A DNA stretch of 64,000 bases from Podarcis muralis (lineage: Eukaryota): contig NC_135655.1 in the NCBI RefSeq assembly GCF_964188315.1, positions 68,820,001 through 68,884,000 of the forward strand. Direction: 5' to 3'. The notes beneath the pieces were generated by a model, which saw nothing but the letters and a program-made list of their open reading frames with translations, was not told the origin of the DNA and made no database searches. The position numbers and the translations under genes were made by a program. Of the stretch, positions 1 to 10,400 are shown in pieces (position 1 is the first letter of the stretch; each line of letters begins with the position of its first letter).

Positions 1-419
1 CCTTTAAAAATAAAATAAAATTAGAAGGTCACATCTGTTTATTTTGAAAGAAAATGCTAGCTCATTTTATCAAGAGTTCTTTCCTTGAAAAGCCCAAGCT
101 GCGAGTGAAAGATGCAAGACAGACAGCCTAGTACAGCAAAACATTGCTTTCCGCCCCCTCAAAAGGAAGCTGGTAATTCCTAGACTGATTGTGAGCCAAC
201 TCATGCCATATTCGATGTGTGTAACATATTGCAGTGTACATAACCCCTCCTTTACTACGCCGCACTGGCTGGGATACCTGCTGTTCTCAAAAACGTCACG
301 CGGATTCTGTTATAAAGTCCACCACAATAGATCGCCGGGCCATTTGTTTCCATATAGACGCTTGGCAGCAGCTTGGGGGGAGAGAAAGAAAGGCAGGCAA
401 GAGGAGACAGATCGGAAAG

Positions 420-587
420 ATGTTTTACTCAGGGCTCCTAACAGACAGAAAGGATGTGGACCTGAGGGAAGCTGCATCTCTCCGACAACAGAGGAGAATG
501 AAGCAGGCAGTGCAGTTTAACCACAAGGACTCGGCTGACCTGCTACCATTAGATGGGCTGAAAAAGCTGGGGACTTCGAAAGACACC
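420..587 (+). CDS. NRIP3: NRIP3 coding exon 1 (model: 420-587, 13659-13838, 14408-14490, 19551-19690, 23002-23054, 23161-23255, 24452-24467; 735 nt, 244 aa)
   Basis: Translates to MFYSGLLTDRKDVDLREAASLRQQRRMKQAVQFNHKDSADLLPLDGLKKLGTSKDT, which matches the vertebrate NRIP3 N-terminus. Donor ACC|GTAAGA, phase 0. Confidence 0.96.
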
Positions 588-600
588 GTAAGACGCTGTT

Positions 601-641
601 TGTGTGTGTACGTGTACGTGTGTGTGTGTGTGTGTGTGTGT
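601..641 (+). repeat. (TG)n microsatellite
   Basis: Read directly; interrupted twice by TAC. Confidence 0.95.
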
Positions 642-2496
642 AAAAATCTATATCGAGAAAACATAAGATTAAAAGGATGGATTTAAAACATTTTGGTCTG
701 TTGATTCTAGTGGTGTTTTAAAAATGTTTTGAAGATAATGATCTTTGTTGCCTTTGGAAGCCATAGAAAATTAGCATTTTAATTAAGCTGTTGGGGATGC
801 AGAGGGAGGATAAAGACTGAGGAAATGGTGGGGGGAAGAGCTTTACATGAGATATGTTTTCTGTTTTTGTTATCAAAAATAGTTTATATTTGGCGGTGCA
901 GCTACGTAATTCTGAACTCTGGACTTTATGGTCTTATGGGGGACTTTTCATATGGAAATGTATAATTAAAACACATCCGTCAAAATGTGGTAATAAGCCA
1001 CCCCAGCTCATTCTGTTGAGCAGGACCCTGGACTTCTATCCCAAAGTCCTGTCCCTGACATAACGTTTATATAGCCATGCTTGCAAGTGCAATCAAGCAT
1101 CCTTTACATTGTGATTTAAAAAAGAAAAGAAAAGATGGCCTTATTCAGCCATATTGATATATAGTCAATTCAATGTATTCTGTACAAATGTTAGATATGT
1201 GAATTGGTCAGTTGGTGAGTTGATCAGATTAGGCGTAGTTTTGTAATAAGAAAACTGGAGATCAAACACAGGTGATGACTTCCTGAGTTTGTACTTTAAC
1301 TTCTCTTTATTAAGGTAAATTTCAGTGAAACTTCCTTCCAGGGAACTGTGTTCAGAACTGCAGCTTTGGGGCCTTATTGCTGCATTGCCTGTCTTGTCTT
1401 TTGCAGATAGCAGTTTCAGAATGGTACTAAGCAGTAAAAGCAGTGTTGGGGAGAGGGTTTTTAAAATTATTCCCTTAGCTTCATGACCTTGATAGAATGT
1501 TTTTTTGGGGGGTGGGGGAGGAGTACTGTGGCTGCATTCCTGATGATGTTCATTTGTTTGGCCCTCAGTCAAGTCTATTGTCTCCCACATCAGGGGAAGC
1601 TATATTCCTTTGAGTTCTACAACATACATCTGCAAAGCTTTCTAGCTTTTGAAAATAGAAGCATACATCAGAGACACAAAACAGGATGAAAATCTATTTG
1701 AGCAGGAAGTTGTGTCCATTCTGATTTTTATCCCCCCCCACCCCGAGTTCAATATGTTGCCTACTCACAACATTTGACGATAAGATGAATATAGTGAATC
1801 TTTTTTTTTAAAAAAAAAAACTTTAACCTTGTATAGTTTTTATGACACCAGAATTTAGGATTAGATGTGTAACAGTGAAAAAGGAAAGTGGTGGTGTTTT
1901 GCTTAATATATAGGTGTTTCTAAAAACCATATCAGTCTTTAGCCTCAGAACAAGTACTGGCCAAAACTATGATTTCTGCTCCAATTTAAAACTCTGGGAA
2001 TTCGCACTCCAGTCCAACCTTCACAACGTATAGTCTGACCACCACAGAGGAGAAAATTGCACCCCATATACTGTCAGTCCATTCCTCATATCATTTGGGG
2101 TAAATACTGCATCAAGGATATGCCATTCCCCCCAAGTTGGACCAGTAGCCATTTGACACAACCCCATTGAAATTAAGTCGTACAATGCACTTGCTAGAGT
2201 CCTACACATCAAATCACCCTGTAGTAATCACAATATACTCAGAGGTGAACAACAGTGTTTGAAATATATAACTAGTAAAGGGAGAGGGATGGGGCATTTA
2301 GTGCTATACCGTATCTATGGCTTTGCATAAAACTCCCTGTACAAAGATTACAAATTAGTGGTGTAAGGACTTCTTTAGCATTTTCTAGAGCAGGGGTGGT
2401 AAACCAATGGCCTGTAGCTGTATCTAGCATCCAGAAGACATTTTTGTGCCCCCTCCTGAGATCCCTTCCCAAATTTTGGTGGTTGAAGATCACCGA

Positions 2497-3400
2497 ATCA
2501 TAGAATTGTAGAGTTGAAAGGGACCCTAAGGATCATGTAGTCCCAGCCCCTGAAATGCAGAAATCTCAACTAAAGCACCCAACAGATGGCCATCCAACCT
2601 CTGCTTAAAACCTCCAGTGAAGGAAAGTCCACGACCTTCCAAGGGAGTCCATACCACTGTTGAACAGCTCTTACTGTCAGAAAGTTCTTCCTGATGTTTA
2701 GTCAGAATCTCCTACCTTGTAACATGAATCTGTTGGTCCGGGTCCTGCCCTCCAGAGCAAGAGAAAACATTTGGCAGCCCTTTAGATATTTGAAGATGGC
2801 TATCCTATCTCCTGTGGGTTAAACCACAGAGCCTAGGACTTGCCGATCAGAAGGTCGGCGGTTTGAATCCCCGCGACAGAGTGAGCTCCCGTTGCTCGGT
2901 CCCTGCTCCTGTCAACCTAGCAGTTCGAAAGCACGTCAAAGGGCAAGTAGATAAATAGGTACCGCTCCAGTGGGAAGGTAAATGGTGTTTCCGTGCGCTG
3001 CTCTGGTTCCCCAGAAGCGGCTTAGTCATGCTGGCCACATGACGCAGAAGCTGTACACCAGCTCCCTCGGCCAATAAAGCGAGATGAGTGCCGCAACCCC
3101 AGAGTCGGTCACAACTGGACCTAATGGTCAGGGGTCCCTTTACCTTTACTTTATCCTATCTCCTCTTAGTCTCTTTTTTCCAGCCTAAGCATACCCAGCT
3201 CCCTTAACCACTCCTCATAACTGTTCCTTGATAATATTGGTCGCCATCCTCTGCACATGTTCCAGCTTGTCAATATCTTTTAAAAATTGTTTTGCCCAGA
3301 AATAAACATAGTATGCCAGATGCGGTCTGACCAAGGCAGAATAGAGCATTACTTTTACTTCTCTTGATTAGGACACTATACTTCTGTTGACCTGGAATAC
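2497..3400 (-). mobile_element. CR1 LINE 3' fragment, interrupted by a Sauria SINE
   Basis: Begins with the reverse complement of the CR1 3' tail (ATCATAGAATTGTAGAGTTGAAAGGGACC); degraded RT C-terminal sequence continues after the SINE. Confidence 0.8.
2814..3151 (+). mobile_element. Sauria SINE, nearly full length
   Basis: tRNA-like head (GGTTTGAATCCC B-box), diagnostic body, (ACCTTT)n tail; 13-bp TSD TATCCTATCTCCT at 2801-2813 and 3152-3164. Confidence 0.92.
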
Positions 3401-4043
3401 AATATTGAACTGATGGTTGTGTTGTGCAAGTCCTAAAAATGTGTTCATTGTGTTTTTACTCCATGGGTCACCAAACAATTCCCCCAGATTTCTTTATAGA
3501 GGGCCCTTCTGCAGTGCTTTACAATCTTTGTGAGCAGCACTTCCTGTGCACTGATGGCTTCCAAACAGAGGTGGCTTCTCACCGTCATTTTCAAGAGCAG
3601 CTGAAGTTATGAAACTATAGAAAGCACAGAGTGCTTCACCTGTTTAGTTGTGAGAGTTCAGAGCCAGAAGGCAGAGAGTCAGAGTACAAACTAGAGAGCA
3701 TGTGGCAGTTTAAAAGGGGAGGAATGCTTATTGCTCCATGAATTTAATAAGGAAGAATAAATGAGCTTAAATAATTTTATATTTAATAGAGCCCACTTTT
3801 ACACTTTAGCCACATCCACTTGCTTTGTCCATGCCAACATTTACACTTGCCCACTTTGATAAAAAGTACCCAGAAGCTTAGCTATGGATCAATGTAATTC
3901 TTGTCCTGAAAAGTGTTAGCCACCTATGCTTTAGAAATTAAGTGTTAACTTTCCTAAAAATGGAAGCCAAACACCTGAGATAACCATCCTCCTGTTTAAC
4001 GAACATCATTTCGTTTGAAAATGCCCTCCTCCCTCCTCTCCAA

Positions 4044-4045
<2 letters not shown>

Positions 4046-4085
<40 letters not shown>
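4046..4085 (+). repeat. (CA)n microsatellite
   Basis: Read directly. Confidence 0.95.
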
Positions 4086-4086
<1 letters not shown>

Positions 4087-4239
4087 GTATTGAGTGACTT
4101 ACTGACATCTACTGAATGAATAGATCAGGGTTTGATGACACAGTGAATCACAACAATAAATTTTGCATGGTTTGTGATGTCACCCCAAGGCTTCAGGTTA
4201 CACTCAAGTGGCCACAGAGGCCTGCATCAAATATTTGTT

Positions 4240-4241
<2 letters not shown>

Positions 4242-4278
<37 letters not shown>
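4242..4278 (+). repeat. (GA)n microsatellite
   Basis: Read directly; ends about 36 nt before the CFAP77-like ATG. Confidence 0.95.
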
Positions 4279-4283
<5 letters not shown>

Positions 4284-4314
4284 GAAGTGTTTGATTACTA
4301 CTTATTGATCAGCA

Positions 4315-5142
4315 ATGGAATCATTCGTAAGAAGGTACCTTGATAAGCAGAAGAGGAGGGCCAGCGTTAGTGACATTTGCCCACCCCCACTGCTACCACT
4401 GACCAGGGATGATATCAAGCCAGGGACAGAAAATGACAGGCTTGGACTGGTGAGAGACACCATGTTTCAGAACCACCTCATTCTAAAACCAGAGCTAGGA
4501 AGGACCCTCAGAAGGTGTGCAAAGATTCCTGGTTCAGATTTTGTGTATGGATTAACTCTACGCGGGACCGACGGAGGAATGCCTGAAGCAATAGGGAACT
4601 GGCGGGTAATGACACCCACTGTCACCAAAAAGAAGGAGAAGCCAAAGGACTACATAGTCATGAACTATAGAGGAATAAAAGCTGGTCTTTTCACAGCAAA
4701 GGAACACTACCTGTATCGCCAACACCATGATGTGCGCCGCAAAGGAGCTGATGGGGACAGGTTCCCAAGGGATCCACCTCGTCTTCCCGATGCCATGACC
4801 TATGGGAGGCCCTATCGTCCTTCCACCCCCTTCATAGATGTCTTTCAACATAAGTTTGGGGACCAATGGGTGGAGGAGAACCGAAAAAACTGTGTATATG
4901 TTAAAGAAAACAAGCATAAGAAAAGGCGAAAGATATATGATACACGGGCTGTCATGCTGAGGAAATATCAAATGCCAGTAAAGGAAGATCCTCTGTGGAT
5001 CATGCCACAATTTCGGAAAATTGCTCCCCATCTTAACACCTTTCCAAGTCTAGAAGATCGAGTGAAGGCTTTCAAAGCCAAGGAAATGGAAGCTCCAGTT
5101 CGACATGGCCAGCTAGCTCAGGGCATTTATACACATTTGTAG
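4315..5142 (+). CDS. CFAP77: Intronless CFAP77-like (C9orf171 family) protein, 275 aa, nested in NRIP3 intron 1
   Basis: One uninterrupted ORF with CFAP77 hallmark blocks in order: ICPPPLLPLT, ENDRLGLVRDTMFQNHLI, DGGMPEAIGNW, YIVMNYRGIKAGLFTAKE, TYGRPYRPSTPF, LWIMPQFRKIAPHLNTFP and C-terminal QGIYTHL. It is a paralogue, since the locus is not the canonical CFAP77 neighbourhood. Confidence 0.9.
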   Translation: MESFVRRYLDKQKRRASVSDICPPPLLPLTRDDIKPGTENDRLGLVRDTMFQNHLILKPELGRTLRRCAKIPGSDFVYGLTLRGTDGGMPEAIGNWRVMTPTVTKKKEKPKDYIVMNYRGIKAGLFTAKEHYLYRQHHDVRRKGADGDRFPRDPPRLPDAMTYGRPYRPSTPFIDVFQHKFGDQWVEENRKNCVYVKENKHKKRRKIYDTRAVMLRKYQMPVKEDPLWIMPQFRKIAPHLNTFPSLEDRVKAFKAKEMEAPVRHGQLAQGIYTHL

Positions 5143-5206
5143 GATTCAGCTTTTATCAATATGCAACCTCTTTGTATGTCTCAAAAGTAACACTTGCTAT
5201 GTTATG

Positions 5207-5240
5207 ATTAAAAAAAGAAAGGTTGTGATTTGTTCTTGCT
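5207..5240 (+). terminator. Candidate poly(A) signal of the CFAP77-like gene
   Basis: ATTAAA at 5207-5212, then an A-run and a GT-rich downstream element (GGTTGTGATTTGTTCTT). Alternative AATAAA at 5455-5460. Confidence 0.5.
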
Positions 5241-6868
5241 ACTGACAATACAGTATTAAAATGAAGTTTCCAGCAAGAAGTTGCAATTGGTTCTCTTGTA
5301 ACAGAACATACTCACTGCCAGTGAGAAAGATGGAATACATGGCTGCCACTGTGCCACCAAAGAACCACATCACAACCTGTGGAATCTGCATGCTGCCACA
5401 ATTTAACACAGTGCAATAGCCCACCTGCTACATTAGCAGCGGTTGGCTTCAGTAAATAAAAGTGTGGCAGTGTTATGCAAAACTGTTAACTATAGAAGAG
5501 GTCAGAGAAGGGCAGAGCAGAGACAGGACTGGGGATAAATTGTTTAAACATCACAGTACCCTCTATTTTCATGCAAAACTGCATTCTTAATAAATGGGAG
5601 TAACCAGGCATATGATTCTATGATTGCAGCCGACATCCAGCACTGTCAGGTATATAGCTCTACTGGCACAAAGAAAACCGCTGTAAAGAATTGTAACGGC
5701 ACACATCTTGGGAATTAGTGTTTCTGACTGATATAAATCCAATATTGCAATTCTTCAAAACAGGTTCTTAATATATAATAATCAATTTATAGGTACACAA
5801 ATAATGATACTTTTGCCACATATCTATGCCTCCTGATGTAAATTATGTCCCCCAGTTTTGTCACAGCATTTATTGTGATTTACTGCATCAGAAGATTTAT
5901 TTCCTTTATATAAATGAAGCTGTGGTGTTTGCTTTCTCTCCTCCCACCCAGAGCTACCTACTTGCACACATCTCCAAACCACATATAAATAATAATAGGC
6001 ACATTAAAACAAAAGAGAGAAAACATGTTTAAGGCTAAAGTACATGTGACATTATACTCTACCGGTATTTCTTTTTTAAAAAATGCTTACATTTGTTACT
6101 TTTTTAAAAGAAAAAGGCAGTTACAGGGCTGCAATCTGAAACATGTTTCCATTCCAGAATGAGTTCTTAAAAGGCCAATGGCAGCCAGGCAGGCGGGATT
6201 TCCAGCAAGAAAGAGGTTTGGGACCCTGAACTAATAATTCCATGTTAGTGGAACATCCGGTCGATTGCAGAAACTCACCTGACTTTCCCTGCCATAATAT
6301 CACTAACCAGACAGACCTCTCCATCTTTCTTATCAACATTGGCAGCATTTCTAGGACAGCACTATAATGCTCAGGTCAAATGGGTCTTAGCACAACTGTG
6401 AAGCAGAGCTCATGCTTTGTATGCAAAAGTTATTGCCCAGGTTCAGTAACTGGCATCTCCTGTCAAAAACCCTGGAGAATCACCACCAGTCAGTGTTGAC
6501 AATACTGATCTTGATGAACCAATCGTTTGGCTCAATATAAGGCAGCTTCACATGTCCCTATGTTGTCACTGCCAGCAGCCACTGGTAGCAATCCGAAGGG
6601 CAGGGGGGGCACCAGAAAAATGTGAGGGGACCATACCCCCTATTTTTTACCTGAACCTATAACAACGGCCTACCCTGTTCTCACAGTGACCTAACAGGAG
6701 GTACTTGGGAGAAGTTATTGCCTGACGCCTATTCCCTTATCCCCATGTAAGAGAAAAATGAAGCACACCTATCTATCATTCAGCTTGATCCCAAGGCAAG
6801 GAGCTGCAGCCAAGAATTTGTAGTCTATGCATTCAACAATTCTCGCATGTGGCCTCCCACTTTGGACA

Positions 6869-7460
6869 CATAGAATCATAGAGTTGTAGACTTGGAAGGG
6901 ACCCCAAGGGCAATCTGGTCCAATCCCTTGCAATGCAGGAATCACAGGAAAAGAATCCCTAACAGATGGCCCTCTAACTTCTGCTTAAAATCCTCCAATG
7001 AAGGAGAGTCCACCACCTCCCAAGGTAATCCAATCCAGTGTTGAATAGTCCTTACTATTACACCAGATATTTCTTCCTAATGTTTAATTGGAATCTCCTT
7101 TCTTGTGTTTGAATCCATTGGTTCAGATCCTACCCTCTGGAGCAGCAGAAAACATGCTTGCTCCATCTTCCATGTGACAGTCCTTCAGATATTTGAAGAT
7201 GGCTATCATATCACCTCTCAGTCTTTTCGTCTTCAGGCTAAACAAACACAGCACCCTCGATCAATCCTCATAAAGCTTGGTTTATCATCTTGGTCAGCCT
7301 CTTTTGCACACGTTCCAGGTTCTCAATATACTTAAATTGTGATACCCAGAACTGGACATTAGCTACCCCTCCCAGTTTAGTGTCATCTACAAATTTGATG
7401 TCATCCAAGTAATTGTCATCCAAGTAATTTATAAAGATGTTGAATGAACAATGGGCCCAG
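6869..7460 (-). mobile_element. CR1 LINE 3' fragment
   Basis: CATAGAATCATAGAGTTGTAGACTTGGAAGGGACCCC tail; minus-strand RT remnant (FVDDTKLGGVAN...LERVQKRLTKMI). Confidence 0.85.
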
Positions 7461-10400
7461 GACACAACCTTGAAGCACACCACTTATCACTTTTTTCCAG
7501 GCTGACAAAAACTGTTGGTGAGCATTCCTCGTGTTTTGTCAGTCAACCAGCTACAAATCCACCTAAAAGTAACTCCTTGAAGCCACATTTTGCTAGCTTC
7601 TCCACAAGAATATCATGGGGGATTTTATCAAAGCCCTCACTAAAATAAAGAAAAATTACATCCAGAGCCTTTGTCCATGAAAAACACCTAAAGGGAATAT
7701 TGTACAACTAGTGTAAGATTGAAGCTAGTTAACATAGCGCTAAAAATAAAATCCAGGGTTGTAAAGATCATTTGGGAAGGCCTTTTCTGCATATAAATTC
7801 CATGTTTTATAAATTCTGGCTGTTTGGTAGAGGGATGCTAGCAGAAATATCAAAGTATAATTTAACTAAAAATCTGAGGCAAAGACAGATGGTCTCACCC
7901 CTTAGTTTTTGCCAGGGAAAAATATCACTTCCTTGGAAACAACCCACTGATGGACTGTATTTCCTCGCCAGATTATTTTATCCACTTCATTTACTGTCCA
8001 ACCTTCTCCATTCTTATAGTCCGTTCCTGTAGAACATTCAGAATGCATAAACTAATGCATGATATTCCCTTTTTATTTAAAACATCACACATTTTGACAA
8101 ATGGTATTGCTGTTTTAGATTTGCTATTTTGTTATTTGTTATCAACATGTTTTATGTGCAACATATGTATACATATATAATCTGGAGATTCAGATAATCT
8201 GAAGATTCAGATAAAGGGAGTTCTAAGCTTTTCCAAAGTGCAAATCTTCCTTTTCAGGAAGCCTCTGTTAGATGATTTTTTACTGCTGCTCTTATATCTT
8301 TCTGGTTTTCACTGCCCAGTTTCTTCTTGTTTGCATTCTTTTGCTCATATTTTCTAATTGTATTTCCTATAGAGAGAGCTATTTATGTGTGTTAGCAGCA
8401 TTGAACTTTCTCGAAAGATGGGTTATGTCTAGAATAACTAAAAGGTCAAACAAGATAGTGCAGATATGCAAGACAGTATGAAATATTGCTTTAAATGTTA
8501 CATTACACATACTAATTTTTAGCAATTACTGCCTGTTCATTATGCTGATTGCTAGTTAACTAAAATATCATGTTACTTGTCTATCATGACTCATAATCTA
8601 ATATATACAGTACATATTGGCTGCTTGCATTTTATTTCCATGGCTTTTTCAGCATTTCCCCCCCTGAAGTTTATTTCATTTGCAAGGCTCCAGCTCTCCA
8701 CCTATATACTTCTGCTATCTATTTCTAGGTCATGCTAAAGTTAATGGTTGCATGACAAGCTAGTCTACTGAATTTCAGTCCTCATACAACCTTTAAGGGT
8801 CCGGGAACATTGTCCTCTTTTGCATCTTACCAACCTGCACTAAAGTACTCAGGAATAAGTTATATAATTAGGAAAATGCCCATTATTGTGAAAAAAATGT
8901 ATGCATGGGCTTAGGATGGGGAAGAGATATGGGTCACTTTTAGTGCAAACCTACCTAATTCACACTTCCCAAAACAATATGCAAAACTAGGACAAAGCTT
9001 TTCTTTGAAATTCACACTTCTCCGAATGCTGCAATGTAGTTATACACTCAAAAATATGTCACCAAAAATAGGTGTATTGGGGAAGCCATGCATAAAGATG
9101 CAAGCATTAGTGAAAATATGCAAAAATGTGTATTTTACCACCTTATGTATCTATGATTCCCCTTCAGGTCCAAAGAACTATAAGCAGAGCTGTGTAAAAG
9201 GTTCTCTGCAAAAGCCACTGGAAATATTTCTGAGATATCTCTGCAAAGGACAATGAGAAGGAGAATAGGAATAGGGAACATATGACTATATCCAAATGTT
9301 GGACTCCAACTCCCATCAGCCCCCAGCCAGCATGGCATGGGCCACTCTCTTTCACCAGCTCAGCAGAGGTGGTTGTTTGAAATAGATAGAGTGCGTTCCT
9401 ATTGTACAACTAGGGAGTAATGTGTTATAGAGAAATATTATTTATAGCTTTGCCCTCTGTCCTTTCATCATCTAATGTATATTTGCTGAGTGCTTAGTTT
9501 GTTGATGCCTGCAGAAACACAAAAGAATTCCCCAATCTTGCCTTAAGGCGTGTGCAGTCTAGTTCTGTCAAGAGCAAGATACCAGTGGTTCTCACAGAAG
9601 TGGATAGCAAAGAAAAAGAAGCTGGTGCTGGGAATGCTTCGTGGAATATTTATGTTAGATGCAGACACAAAATGAATCTTGCTAGATAATATAGCTTGAA
9701 CCACGAGGGTCCATGGGAAATTTAGGACTAGCAGAAGAGAGAACCACAGCAGGCACAGCCATCCTATAAACTTATCATAGTAGCTTAAGTGTCATGGTTT
9801 CCTCCAAAGAACCTCAAATCTGACAAGGATCCTGAGGGTTCCATTATGGAAATGGTTAGTTACTTCACAGAAATAGAGTTTTCCTTAACTTGGAGAGAGT
9901 ATGTATTGTATTCAGGCCTGAGGCTTCAATTGGTGTTTTATGTGAATGTGAGGGCTGCCTTGATTCTGGGGCATATGTTTGATTCCACTTCCGAATTTTC
10001 CTTCCTATTAACATCTTTAAGTGATGTGAGATGTGAGAGAGACTCCAGTGTGCTCTTTAGTAGTATTCCATACAGTGCTGAGAGAGTAAGTTTGTTTTAT
10101 TATCACTCTCTGTTGTTATGTTGGCTTACCACTTTAAGTATAATTTACTGCTTTATGATGTAGCGGCTCAAGTTCTTTATGTGATCGCTTGTGTCATTTC
10201 TTTCTCAATTGTTTCCCTTGTGATGTAATAAGCGTGGCATGCTCACACCCACAACCCTACCCCAGGTGTGAATATTCAAAGGCATCAAAACAGTGCTATA
10301 TCACAGATTGCAGAAAGGACAGGGGCATTAAACAGGAATGTGTGTTTTTTATATATAAAAAGTCAGTGTCAAGATATTTAAACACTTCTACTTCGTGAAG

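Noticed and set aside
191-686. Long ORFs 191-520 and 234-686 as stand-alone genes
   Set aside because: Only 420-587 is NRIP3 exon 1. The rest is 5' flank and read-through into the (TG)n intron repeat.
4558-5031. 157-aa minus-strand ORF
   Set aside because: Antisense shadow of the CFAP77-like CDS; no recognisable motif.
6277-6350. Minus-strand exon-like segment ending CAG|GTGAGT (NAANVDKKDGEVCLVSDIMAGKV)
   Set aside because: Isolated, with no phase-compatible partner exon or recognisable homology; expected by chance.
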